Positions 9,176 to 18,378 of a stretch of 64,000 bases of DNA are shown here, one piece after another (positions within the stretch are counted from its first letter, which is position 1; each line of letters begins with the position of its first letter). The notes beneath the pieces were generated by a model. That model saw nothing but the letters and a program-made list of their open reading frames with translations. It did no database searches and had not been told where the DNA came from. The DNA comes from Candidatus Woesebacteria bacterium (GTDB lineage: Bacteria > Patescibacteriota > Saccharimonadia > Saccharimonadales > EFPC-124): NCBI GenBank assembly GCA_050115675.1, contig JASFQB010000006.1:34211-98210 (forward strand), written 5' to 3'. Made by a program: the position numbers and the translations under genes.

Positions 9176-10206
9176 TTTATAAATCCTCCTGCAAACGCCA
9201 AAATCACACCCAAAACCGCACAGACCTGGCCAACAACCCAAAACCGCATTGTAACTTTAGTCTCTGGCCAGCCAATTGCCTCAAGATGATGATGTACGGG
9301 TGCAGAAATAAATACTTTACGTTTGAAGAACTTTTTAGAAACAATTTGCACAAGACTAGAACCAGCCTCTAGTACAAAAACAAAGCCAATTACAGGCAAC
9401 AAAAATAGCGAATCTGTTAGCATCGCAACAACACCCAACGCCGTACCCAACGCAAACGATCCTACATCGCCCATAAAAAACCTTGCAGGATAAATATTAA
9501 ACCATACATACGCAAACAGTGCACCAACTACCGTAAAGCAAAAGGCAGCAATTCCAAAATTGCCCTGCAAAGCAGCTATAACTCCAAAAACACCGTACGC
9601 TGTAGATAACAAACCGCCAGCAAGCCCATCTAGCCCATCACTAATATTTACTGCATTCCCCGTACTTACAACCACCAGTACAAACAGTGGTATTAACGCT
9701 AGTCCCAGGGACCAATCACCTACAAATGGTACGTGTATTGTTGTATAGCCTAACTTGTAGTAAAAAAATCCTGCGCCAACCAAAGCCACTAATGTAATCA
9801 TGGCAAACTTTATTGGCGATCTAAGCCCCTTGACTCCCCCGCCAAGACCGCGGATGTTAATATAATCATCAATTAAACCAACAGCACCCGCTGCAACCAA
9901 GGCAGCCAAAGGCAACCAGGTTTGTTGGCGGTCAAGATTAAAAATTAGCGTTATTATGGTGATTGCGGACACCATTATCATACCGGCCATTGTTGGGATA
10001 TTGCGTTTAAATTTTTCTGCGTGCAGCTTTGTAAAAACCGTTAGTTTTTCACCAGTGGTTGATGTTGACCTCTGTTGTTTCCAAAATTTATAACGATAAG
10101 CAAAAAATGTATAAAAAGGCGTAAGTAGCATTGCCACGCAAAACGTTAAAAAGCTAAGCGAAAAAAGTAGCGTTGCCTCTTGAGTTAACTGTTGAATAGA
10201 AAACAT
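9172..10206 (-). CDS. mraY: Phospho-N-acetylmuramoyl-pentapeptide transferase MraY
   Basis: NISDGLDGLAGG, MGDVGSFALG, PVHHHLE motifs; TGA stop. Confidence 0.9.
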   Translation of the reverse strand: MFSIQQLTQEATLLFSLSFLTFCVAMLLTPFYTFFAYRYKFWKQQRSTSTTGEKLTVFTKLHAEKFKRNIPTMAGMIMVSAITIITLIFNLDRQQTWLPLAALVAAGAVGLIDDYINIRGLGGGVKGLRSPIKFAMITLVALVGAGFFYYKLGYTTIHVPFVGDWSLGLALIPLFVLVVVSTGNAVNISDGLDGLAGGLLSTAYGVFGVIAALQGNFGIAAFCFTVVGALFAYVWFNIYPARFFMGDVGSFALGTALGVVAMLTDSLFLLPVIGFVFVLEAGSSLVQIVSKKFFKRKVFISAPVHHHLEAIGWPETKVTMRFWVVGQVCAVLGVILAFAGGFIN

Positions 10207-10214
10207 ATTTATCC

Positions 10215-11972
10215 TTAGCTTTTAGGTTGAATTTTTAAATAATCGAGCATCCAGTTTGAGATATCTGCAAAAATTGGCGCCGTAACTGCTCCAGCTGTTT
10301 CACTGCTGCTAATTTTTGCGTCCTTAACACGTACCATTATGACATACTGAGGTGCATCGTTGCCACCAAAACCAACATATGACCCAATTGCATTGTCGTC
10401 TGTATACTTCCCCGTTTCGGGATCAATTACTTGAGATGTGCCTGTCTTTCCACCAACAGTATAGCCAGATTTATCAATATTTTTAAATGATTTTGACCGC
10501 GCCTCAACTAACATTTGCTTTAACTTATTTGATGTATCTGCAGTTATTACACCTGCTTTAATAATTTCTGGATTAATATCTTGAGATATTTCACCATCTT
10601 TTAGGTAAGCATCTACCACCTGGGGCTTATAATACGTACCGCCGTTTATTGCCGAAGAAAACGCCGCCGCAACTTGCACCATTGTTGTGTCCATGCCTTG
10701 ACCAAAAGTCATGTTTGCATAACGCACATTGTTTCCCTCTGCTTGATCTGGCGCAATTATTCTACCTGGCGACTCCCAAGCCTGCTCGATTCCTGTTAGC
10801 TTGCCAAACATAAATCTGTCGCTAAAGTAACCATATAGCTTGTCTCGCGCAGTGCGGTTAATTTCCCCGCCACCCAACTGCTGTAAAACATGAACAACTC
10901 CTGTGTTAAGCGAATATTCCAAAACTTCTGTCATACTGCGAGTACCACTTACGCTTTGCAGAACGTTTTTAATGTTTGCGTCATCAACTTGAACAGAACC
11001 AGTGTTTTGATAGGTCGAATTCGGGCTTACAACGCCTTCGTTCAGTCCTGTCGCCATGGTTAGTGATTTTATGACAGAGCCAGCCTCGTATGGGTCACTA
11101 ACAACGTGATTTACAAACAAATCGTAGTCCGAAACTTCGTAATATTTTGCTGGATCATATGTCGGACAGTCTGCCATTGCTAAAACAGCCCCCGTCTGCG
11201 GATCCATAACAATAGCACTACCTGTTTTTGCGTTTGCTTTTTCAAGGCCATCCTTTAACGCCTGCTCAACATATGCTTGCACATTTCTATCAATATTTAA
11301 CAGTAAATCTTGGCCGTTTTGAGCAGGAGTTTGAATATCTTCATCACTTATCGAAATTGGTATGCCGTTAACATCTGTAACTGTCTTTAGCATGCCGTCT
11401 GCACCAGAAAGCATGTCATTTAATTGCTGCTCAACTCCATATTGACCCACACCTTCTGAGTTAACATAGCCCAATAGCTGCGCACCCATCTGGCCCTCTG
11501 GATAAACTCGTCTTTCTTGCTTTTGCAACCCAATTCCTGGCAGATTTTCTTCTTTTACTAGCTTTGCCTGATCATTGTTTAGCATCTTGGCCATAACTGC
11601 ATACTGACGATCTTTATCCGACAAAGACTCTTCAAAGCCGTCTACAAGATTTCCGCCTGCAATTTTACGCAAAAAAGTGGTTGTCCCTTCTACATCGTCA
11701 ACATATCTTGGATCGGCGTACGCAGTGTAGGCTGGCTCGTTCAACGCAAGAGGAACGTTACTACTTGCGCCATCTTTGGCATAAATTAGACCTCGCGTAG
11801 CTGGGATAGAAAATTTTGCCATATGCTCATTAAGTGCCTCTGCCTCATAATAATCATTTTGAATAATTTGCAGCACAAACAAACGGACAATGTATATTGC
11901 TCCAATCGCCAGCATAATCCAAACAAGGGTGCGCGTTCGGTTTGACCTAAGCAGCATAATATTCATAAGCAA
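10215..11972 (-). CDS. ftsI: Class B penicillin-binding protein (FtsI/PBP2-type transpeptidase)
   Basis: SVIK (SxxK), SLN (SxN), KTGTS (KTG) motifs; N-terminal TM; dcw context. Confidence 0.85.
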   Translation of the reverse strand: MLMNIMLLRSNRTRTLVWIMLAIGAIYIVRLFVLQIIQNDYYEAEALNEHMAKFSIPATRGLIYAKDGASSNVPLALNEPAYTAYADPRYVDDVEGTTTFLRKIAGGNLVDGFEESLSDKDRQYAVMAKMLNNDQAKLVKEENLPGIGLQKQERRVYPEGQMGAQLLGYVNSEGVGQYGVEQQLNDMLSGADGMLKTVTDVNGIPISISDEDIQTPAQNGQDLLLNIDRNVQAYVEQALKDGLEKANAKTGSAIVMDPQTGAVLAMADCPTYDPAKYYEVSDYDLFVNHVVSDPYEAGSVIKSLTMATGLNEGVVSPNSTYQNTGSVQVDDANIKNVLQSVSGTRSMTEVLEYSLNTGVVHVLQQLGGGEINRTARDKLYGYFSDRFMFGKLTGIEQAWESPGRIIAPDQAEGNNVRYANMTFGQGMDTTMVQVAAAFSSAINGGTYYKPQVVDAYLKDGEISQDINPEIIKAGVITADTSNKLKQMLVEARSKSFKNIDKSGYTVGGKTGTSQVIDPETGKYTDDNAIGSYVGFGGNDAPQYVIMVRVKDAKISSSETAGAVTAPIFADISNWMLDYLKIQPKS

Positions 11973-11975
11973 TAA

Positions 11976-12326
11976 CTATTGCACGTAATTGGTTTCGCTA
12001 GGAGTTGTCATAGCTTTAGCAACATCACTTTGCTTAACACGTTCTAAAGCCTGCAGCCTAGCATTTTCTACCTCTAAATCACGCTTTTCTGCAAGAAGCT
12101 CGTCTTCTTTGGTTTTTAAATCGTTAATTTGATAACCATACGTACTGGTTTTTGTAATTTGAGTTAAATAGATCAATCCCAAAACACATAGCATCACCGC
12201 AATAACAACAGTGTGGGTCACAGGGCCAAAACCTGATCTAATCTGGTGTCTGACAGTATTCTGATTGCGTCGCCAAGTGCGAGGATTTGTTGACTGCCTC
12301 GCATTTAGAGTTTGATACTGAGCCAT
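11976..12326 (-). CDS. ftsL: FtsL/DivIC-like septum formation protein (TM plus coiled coil)
   Basis: Position between rsmH and ftsI; TM VVIAVMLCVLGLIYL followed by a heptad-like EDELLAEKRDLEVENARLQ. Confidence 0.5.
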   Translation of the reverse strand: MAQYQTLNARQSTNPRTWRRNQNTVRHQIRSGFGPVTHTVVIAVMLCVLGLIYLTQITKTSTYGYQINDLKTKEDELLAEKRDLEVENARLQALERVKQSDVAKAMTTPSETNYVQ

Positions 12327-12489
12327 TAAACTTACTTTCGATTTTTATTTTTATGTTTTTGTCTTGGCGCTGCCGCCCAATTTTTTATCAGACGGCAGCT
12401 TTTTGTGTGCTTTCGCGCTATTTGCTGTGGTTTACAACCACTTTGATGCATGTTGCGCGTGAGCGATCAACTACCTGAATTGGCATAGT

Positions 12490-13413
12490 TTACGCCCTTT
12501 CTTGTTGTGTTTTTATTTTCACTGCGGCTCGTAACTTTGCACTACGTGCTCGCGGATTGTGAACGTCGTCAGTGGCACCGCTGATTGGTTTTTTGGTCAA
12601 CAAAGACAGCTCGGCTTCGTAGCCTGCCTCTGCCTGTTCTTTAAAGAACTGCTTAACCAATCTATCCTCAAGACTATGAAAGCTAATTATTGCTACCCTG
12701 CCCCCTGGTCGCAAAAGTTGCGGCAAAAGTTTAAGGGTATCTTTAATTTGGCCCAGCTCGTCATTAAGTTCGATGCGAATTGCTTGAAAGGTACGCGTAG
12801 CTGGATGGGTTTTACTCCATTTGCCACGAACTGCTTTAGCGACAACCGAAGCCAACTCGTCCGTTGACTTTATTGGCCTAGAAGCAATTATCTGTCGAGC
12901 AATGGCAGCGGCTTTTGGCTCTTCGCCATACTCGCGCAAAATTGCAACTAACTTATCTTGATCATACGTATTTACAATGTCTGCAGCCGTTTTTGACTGA
13001 GTTTGATCCATGCGCATATCAAGTGGCCCCGAACGTTGAATACTAAACCCACGTTCGGCGTTGTCTAATTGCGGTGACGACACCCCAAGATCTATAAGAA
13101 TCATATCAAACTGCTCGCCTGACTCAGCTAAGCTTTTAGCTGCACTTGCAAAATCTTTTTTAATAATACAAGCACCAGCCTCGCGCAGCTGTTGCAGCGA
13201 AGTTATGGCATATTCATCTCGATCGACCAACGTCGCTTGCGACGTTTTACCAATCTTACCAATCACTACTTTTGCATGACCGCCATAACCAGCCGTCAAA
13301 TCCAGGTATGTTTCACCTGTTTTTGGGGCAAGCATTTCGACTGTCTGCTTTAGTAAGACCGGTTGATGTTGGAGTTGTTGTGGTGGTGTTGTTTTTTTCA
13401 TTTTTGAGGTCAC
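12490..13413 (-). CDS. rsmH: 16S rRNA (cytosine1402-N4)-methyltransferase RsmH
   Basis: HQPVLL, DLTAGYGGHA, DLGVSSPQLD, SFHSLEDR motifs. Confidence 0.9.
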   Translation of the reverse strand: MTSKMKKTTPPQQLQHQPVLLKQTVEMLAPKTGETYLDLTAGYGGHAKVVIGKIGKTSQATLVDRDEYAITSLQQLREAGACIIKKDFASAAKSLAESGEQFDMILIDLGVSSPQLDNAERGFSIQRSGPLDMRMDQTQSKTAADIVNTYDQDKLVAILREYGEEPKAAAIARQIIASRPIKSTDELASVVAKAVRGKWSKTHPATRTFQAIRIELNDELGQIKDTLKLLPQLLRPGGRVAIISFHSLEDRLVKQFFKEQAEAGYEAELSLLTKKPISGATDDVHNPRARSAKLRAAVKIKTQQERA

Positions 13414-13465
13414 CTATCCGATAGTCAATGTTTTTGTTTTTTGTAAAATGTTTTTGTTTTTGTGG

Positions 13466-13518
13466 TTAATGGACTGTTGTGGTGAGCTATTTCGAAGAAA
13501 TAGCGAAATGTCCATTAA
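13466..13518 (-). other. Two-tier stem-loop in the mraZ-rsmH spacer
   Basis: Outer stem ttaatggac (13466-13474) / gtccattaa (13510-13518); inner stem gctatttc (13486-13493) / gaaatagc (13497-13504). Confidence 0.4.
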
Positions 13519-13683
13519 AAGTTTTGAGAGACTTATGTGAGGTGGAGTTTTTGGGAGGTGTTTTTGTAGAGAAAGTACAAGAGATTTTTAAAGTGGATCT
13601 CCATGCCCACCCACTGACTATCGAATAGCTGACCTCAAGATTGGCCTTCATCTTCGATCGTACCAAATTGTTAACGTACCCCC

Positions 13684-14046
13684 TTACTCGCCCGCACTCA
13701 AGCGCCAATAAGCACCCGCGCGGACCGCAACAATGGTCTTTTTTACTTCGGCATGATCTAGCAAATGTTGCTCAATACTGACGCGACCTTGCTTTTGATC
13801 AAGCCCAGCCTCTGTTTTACCAGTTCTAAACTGAACATTTAAGTCCGCTACCCTTTCGTCAAGAATGCTGCCTTTTAGTTCAGGCTCAACCATCTCTTCC
13901 CACACGTTTTTTGGATACATGTGAAGATAGTTTTTAAAACCTCTGGTAATAACTACCCCGCTTGCAAATTCAGCTCTAAGCTCAGCTGGAATTGTCAGCC
14001 TTCGCTTGTCATCAAGTTTGCGTTCAAAGTAGTCTACTGTGGCCAT
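13684..14046 (-). CDS. mraZ: Transcriptional regulator MraZ
   Basis: MATVDYFERKLDDKRRLTIPAELR and a second GRVSIEQHL half (duplicated AbrB-like fold); first gene of the dcw cluster. Start taken at MATV, not at the upstream ORF-track start. Confidence 0.85.
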   Translation of the reverse strand: MATVDYFERKLDDKRRLTIPAELRAEFASGVVITRGFKNYLHMYPKNVWEEMVEPELKGSILDERVADLNVQFRTGKTEAGLDQKQGRVSIEQHLLDHAEVKKTIVAVRAGAYWRLSAGE

Positions 14047-14087
14047 ATTTTTTGTTATTTGCAGTGGTTTTTGTTTTGGTGGTTGGT

Positions 14088-14147
14088 TACCCACCGCTAC
14101 CCACTACCAACAGTCTACTACCCACAATTACCCACATCAACCCCCAC
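14088..14147 (-). promoter_or_regulatory. Array of five GTGGG(TA) direct repeats (candidate MraZ operator) overlapping a candidate promoter
   Basis: Minus-strand GTGGG starts at 14147, 14135, 14125, 14104, 14094 (spacings 12, 10, 21, 10). Candidate TTGATG-N17-TAGACT spans the middle repeats. Confidence 0.6.
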
Positions 14148-14178
14148 GTGTGAAAATCCTTTAAACCGCAACCTCGAT

Positions 14179-14200
14179 TTATCCACATAACTGTGGATAT
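14179..14200. promoter_or_regulatory. Palindrome containing a perfect DnaA box (TTATCCACA taac TGTGGATAT)
   Basis: TTATCCACA 14179-14187; 8-bp perfect inverted arms 14180-14187 / 14192-14199. Confidence 0.4.
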
Positions 14201-14303
14201 GTATATAAAAAACAGATACACCCTGCTCGCGCATTTTTCTGCAACCTGTGTATAAAAATACCGCAGCAATTATGCTACGGCATTTTTTACCTATGCATTA
14301 AGG

Positions 14304-14588
14304 TTAGGTGTTCTGCAAAAATGCTATCAAAGCCGCATCGTATCTACTTGTTGCCTGAATAACTGCTAAGCCAACTAGTAAATATGCATTTATAACCACC
14401 GAAAGAATAATTGCAGATTTTTTGATATCATTGCGAAGCTGCTTATTAAGCACTTCTTTTTTATGACCAGCATTCACAGCATCTGCCTGTTCTTTGTTAT
14501 TCTGAATTTTTATTTTTGCTTTCATACTACATGCAATATAGCATAAGCTTTTTAAAATGTCAATGTCATGACCATAATTATGTTGCAA
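14304..14588 (-). CDS. Hypothetical small protein with C-terminal TM segment
   Basis: ORF only; likely start MKAKIKI at 14525; hydrophobic AIILSVVINAYLLVGLAVI. Confidence 0.4.
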   Translation of the reverse strand: MQHNYGHDIDILKSLCYIACSMKAKIKIQNNKEQADAVNAGHKKEVLNKQLRNDIKKSAIILSVVINAYLLVGLAVIQATSRYDAALIAFLQNT

Positions 14589-14679
14589 ATACGCAATAAT
14601 CTTTTTTAATAACTATTGACCATACATGACAATGATGAGACTATAGTCAAGTTGCCTGTCCTACTAGGAGTTGAGCGAA

Positions 14680-14967
14680 ATGATCAGCCTTTTTGCCACC
14701 GACAACAAACTACGCAAAATGAAAGTTGACGAGCTTGACAGGTACTATAAAAGATACCTTCAACTACACAAAGAATGGGGTTGGGCTTTTTGGGCTATTG
14801 CTGCAGTTGTCCTAGTATCGATACTCGAACAAACCCTTAACACATATTTTTTACTACTCGCCCAGACACTATGTATATTGATCGAGTCCTACTATCTTTT
14901 TCGCACAAAAAAGGTAGGGCGCATTCTTAGTGAGAAAAACGATAACTGGAGAGATAATGGCAGTTAA
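14680..14967 (+). CDS. Hypothetical small membrane protein
   Basis: RBS AGGAG 9 nt before ATG 14680; two hydrophobic segments. Confidence 0.45.
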   Translation: MISLFATDNKLRKMKVDELDRYYKRYLQLHKEWGWAFWAIAAVVLVSILEQTLNTYFLLLAQTLCILIESYYLFRTKKVGRILSEKNDNWRDNGS

Positions 14968-15018
14968 TCATCTGACACCTGCCATCTGGGCACCACATAA
15001 CGTGGTGCCCTTTTACGT

Positions 15019-15861
15019 TTATAAGTCATTAATTATTCGATTGTTGGCATGCAGCCAGCCATTGACAGTGCCACAATCAAGATATTCGCCCTTATTTCTT
15101 ATTATCGCGATATCATTACCAGCAGACACATATTCGTTTAGGGAGTCAGTTATCCTAAATTCTCCATCATGCGCCCGACTTATGTCTTTTTGCAAAAAAT
15201 CAAAAAAATATCTATCGAAAAGATAAAAGCTGGCGTTATTTAGATTAGACGGAGCATCATGTGGCTTAGGTTTTTCTACAATATGATCAAAAAGCTCGAT
15301 ATTACCATTAGATTTTGCAGCAATAATTCCGTATTTGCTTACTTCGCTTTGAGGGACCTCTATCGCAAGCATGGCTGAATCAGTATCGGCATCTTGCGCA
15401 TTTTTTAAAAAGTATGCCGCTTCGGATTGTCCGTCGCCATTATAGATAAACTGGTCACCCATGATTACTAGCGTTTTTTGGCCATCGTCTGGCATTGCCT
15501 GATAAGCCAACCACACTGGGACTGATGTTCCGTATGGCTTATTGCTGCCATGATTTTGCACAATAAATTCAAATTTAATATTTTTTGGCGGAGCAACTAA
15601 ACCTAGCATATCTTGCTTATTGGCGTCTTTTAGGTGTTGTTCTAAAGCTAAATTTCTACCATAATAACTACGCAATTGCGCACAATCTTCTCCAACCACA
15701 AAATAAAACTCGGTAACTCCTGCAGCAATGCAATCTTGAACAATATAATCGATAACCGGGCGATTCAATACTGGCAGCATGCATTTTTCTACAGATTTTG
15801 TCACAGGTAGACGACGCGTACCAAAACCCGCAACTGGTATGACCGCCCTCGTGCACTTCAT
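15019..15861 (-). CDS. galU: UTP-glucose-1-phosphate uridylyltransferase (GalU-type)
   Basis: AVIPVAGFGTRRLPVTKSVEKCMLPV N-terminal nucleotidyltransferase motif. Confidence 0.85.
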   Translation of the reverse strand: MKCTRAVIPVAGFGTRRLPVTKSVEKCMLPVLNRPVIDYIVQDCIAAGVTEFYFVVGEDCAQLRSYYGRNLALEQHLKDANKQDMLGLVAPPKNIKFEFIVQNHGSNKPYGTSVPVWLAYQAMPDDGQKTLVIMGDQFIYNGDGQSEAAYFLKNAQDADTDSAMLAIEVPQSEVSKYGIIAAKSNGNIELFDHIVEKPKPHDAPSNLNNASFYLFDRYFFDFLQKDISRAHDGEFRITDSLNEYVSAGNDIAIIRNKGEYLDCGTVNGWLHANNRIINDL

Positions 15862-15865
15862 TATT

Positions 15866-17134
15866 TTAGAGACCTCTAATTTTTGCTAACGTTTTTGAAA
15901 ACCAAACCGCACTTGGCCTTGCCGTACGCTTCATGGTTTTTCTATCGACAGCAATTAGCCCAAATTTTGGCCAGTAGCCAGATGCCCACTCAAAGTTATC
16001 TAACAAGCTCCAATGCAAATATCCTTCAAGTTTAACTCCTTTTTGCAGTGCTTTGCTCATTGCTATTAAAGATTGAGTTATCCACCATTTGCGGTATTCA
16101 TCATCGCGGTCTGCCAAGCCGTTTTCAGTTACAATTAGCGGTAATTCGTATTTGTTGTACAAACGCTCAAGTACAAACTCGATATTTTGCGGCTGCATAC
16201 CCCAACCTAAATCATTTACTTTTTGGTCTGGATTATGTATTCTGTAGCCGTAATAACGATTTGTAAAATAATAATTCACCCCAATAAAATCTAGATGCTT
16301 TTTGGTTAAATTCAGTATAAAATTGTCGGCGCCCCATGTTGCAATATCTGCCGCCAGCTTTGTTACAACAGCGTTATCGCCAGCATATTGATGAGCGGAC
16401 GTTTTTGCAAGCCCCACTATATACTTGCGACTAGTTTGATGTGCTAGTTCGTAAACTTTTTTATGAGCATTTATTAAATTAGCATAAACTTTAAGCCCTA
16501 ATAGCTTGTTCTGAACTTGAGGCGGCCACTCACCTAAAATATAGCCCTTTGACATGTACGTCTCTGGCTCATTTATGGTAATTACATATCTAAAATCGCA
16601 GCCAAGTTCTTGAAAAATCTTCTCGCAAAAACGCACAAAATATTTTATGTTAGACGACTTTTCAAAGCCGCCCATTGCCGTAAACCAAACTGGCATTGTC
16701 CAGTGCCAAAAAGTAACAATTGGTTCGATTTTATTTTTATTTAGCTCACGCAGATAGCTTCGGTAATGAGTGATCGCCTCTGCGTTCCAGCTGCCTTCTT
16801 CTGGCTCGATACGCGACCATTCTATGCTAAATCTATAGCTATTCATGTTTAATTTCTTTAGCGCTGCAAAATCTTCTTTATAAAGCTTGTAATGGCCTAC
16901 ACCACGCCCAGAAATATAGTTATCTGGATCTGCTGCCTCGTCTTTAATTTCATTCCACTTTGGCAAATAGCTTGCCTGATATTTTGCCTGCTCGGCCAAA
17001 GCTTTTGCATTCTCTAACTCCCAGACAGTCCACTGATTGTGATTACTACCCTCTACTTGATGCGCCGACGTAGAAGCTCCCCATAAAAAACGCTTGGGAA
17101 AATTTAGTGGCAAATCTTGGTTTTGTTCGCTCAT
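15866..17134 (-). CDS. Glycoside hydrolase family 1 (beta-glucosidase-like)
   Basis: ITINEPE (acid/base Glu) and VTENGLA (nucleophile Glu) motifs. Start at MSEQ (17134) supported by a -10 box 7 nt upstream. Confidence 0.85.
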   Translation of the reverse strand: MSEQNQDLPLNFPKRFLWGASTSAHQVEGSNHNQWTVWELENAKALAEQAKYQASYLPKWNEIKDEAADPDNYISGRGVGHYKLYKEDFAALKKLNMNSYRFSIEWSRIEPEEGSWNAEAITHYRSYLRELNKNKIEPIVTFWHWTMPVWFTAMGGFEKSSNIKYFVRFCEKIFQELGCDFRYVITINEPETYMSKGYILGEWPPQVQNKLLGLKVYANLINAHKKVYELAHQTSRKYIVGLAKTSAHQYAGDNAVVTKLAADIATWGADNFILNLTKKHLDFIGVNYYFTNRYYGYRIHNPDQKVNDLGWGMQPQNIEFVLERLYNKYELPLIVTENGLADRDDEYRKWWITQSLIAMSKALQKGVKLEGYLHWSLLDNFEWASGYWPKFGLIAVDRKTMKRTARPSAVWFSKTLAKIRGL

Positions 17135-17141
17135 ACAGTAC

Positions 17142-17147
17142 ATTATA
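17142..17147 (-). promoter_or_regulatory. -10 box TATAAT, 7 nt upstream of the GH1 ATG (leaderless architecture)
   Basis: Minus strand ggTTATAAT gtactgt ATG. Confidence 0.5.
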
Positions 17148-17312
17148 ACCTAACTTAATTTGATGTTGTTAGCGATACTTTTGCCGCCAGCAACACAAGC
17201 TCAAAACTTAGGTTATGGGCTCAGTTTTTATAAAATATTTTTTGCTCAACTCTCTAGTCCGCACAGTAGAGCCGCCGCCGCAACACTCTGCCACAAACCA
17301 TTCAAGCTGTTC

Positions 17313-17573
17313 TTAATTCATCTGTTCAACCACTCGTTCTGAACCATCAGGCAACAGTTCGTACATGCGTGCAACTACAGCAACAGGAGTCCTGGAATCA
17401 CTATTAACGCTGCCTGAATTACGGCTCAAATTACCTGATTCCTTTAGGGCACATGCCTGACCTGCAACTGCCAAACCAGCGCTAACAGCGCCTAAAATCT
17501 GTCCCGCAGGCTTAGCATATTCCGCAGCAGCACGAAGCGCACCAAGCATACCACCTACGCCATCATCAGACAT
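17313..17573 (-). CDS. Hypothetical small Gly/Ala-rich protein
   Basis: ORF; start assumed at MSDDG; preceded by a hairpin terminator of the upstream gene. Confidence 0.4.
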   Translation of the reverse strand: MSDDGVGGMLGALRAAAEYAKPAGQILGAVSAGLAVAGQACALKESGNLSRNSGSVNSDSRTPVAVVARMYELLPDGSERVVEQMN

Positions 17574-17665
17574 TTCAATATTCTCTCTAGCGAAGTTGCT
17601 AGTACGTTTTAACAAATCGCCGCACAAAACTAAAGGGTGTCGCAAAAAAACGACACCCAAGTAAT

Positions 17666-17959
17666 TTACATCTGCTCGATGTTTAAACCGTTAAAAAGAC
17701 GACTAAGCTTAATGATATAGAGCGTATTCAAGATAATCATCGTCGCTGTCGCCCCATACGCGCCCATCCTCGTTATGTACAACAAAGAAACTTCTGGCTC
17801 CCAAATCCGCGGACCACCGCAAATGCTTAGCAAAAAACTAACAAAACCGGACACACCACTGGCAATACCCGTGTAAAGCATTCTCGTTGACAGCATATGC
17901 TTTTTATCTAGCCAAGCTCTCATGTCAACTTGCTGCGAGCATGCCGTTTGTTGGTTCAT
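17666..17959 (-). CDS. Hypothetical small membrane protein
   Basis: RBS GGGAGGGG 5 nt before ATG 17959; two or three hydrophobic segments; downstream hairpin gggtgtcg/cgacaccc plus T tract. Confidence 0.5.
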   Translation of the reverse strand: MNQQTACSQQVDMRAWLDKKHMLSTRMLYTGIASGVSGFVSFLLSICGGPRIWEPEVSLLYITRMGAYGATATMIILNTLYIIKLSRLFNGLNIEQM

Positions 17960-18073
17960 CACTACCCCTCCCAATTTTTACCGCCTCAGCAAGCAGAGCC
18001 ATACTATCAATGGATCCAAGGAGTGTCAAGGACACAAGCCAATAACACTCCTTGGATCAAAGCGTTTTGCAAC

Positions 18074-18319
18074 TCAGCTGTTTGTTGCGCTGCTTCGCAT
18101 AATTCGAGCACACTTACTGGCAAAAAAGGATCCTACAAAACCAATACACGCAATGACAACAATTACGCCAAAGATAAACAGCAACACTCCCAATGACTTA
18201 GCTGTTAGTACAACTACAATCGCCAATAGCGACAGTATCGTACCAACAGAATAAAGAATCATCGCCAGCTTACCGCTCTTGGCAGCTGCCCCAGAACTAG
18301 GCGCATTAAGGTTCTTCAT
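18074..18319 (-). CDS. Hypothetical small membrane protein (two TM)
   Basis: RBS GGAGGAG 2-3 nt before ATG 18319; strongly hydrophobic core. Confidence 0.55.
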   Translation of the reverse strand: MKNLNAPSSGAAAKSGKLAMILYSVGTILSLLAIVVVLTAKSLGVLLFIFGVIVVIACIGFVGSFFASKCARIMRSSATNS

Positions 18320-18378
18320 TACTCCTCCAACGGTTCGCGTTTTGAATACAAAAAAATTATCGCACAAAAAGCACCAGG

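Noticed and set aside
13487-13708. 73-aa ORF in the mraZ-rsmH spacer
   Set aside because: It overlaps the mraZ 3' end, has no RBS and has an odd composition. The spacer is better explained by RNA structure and repeats.
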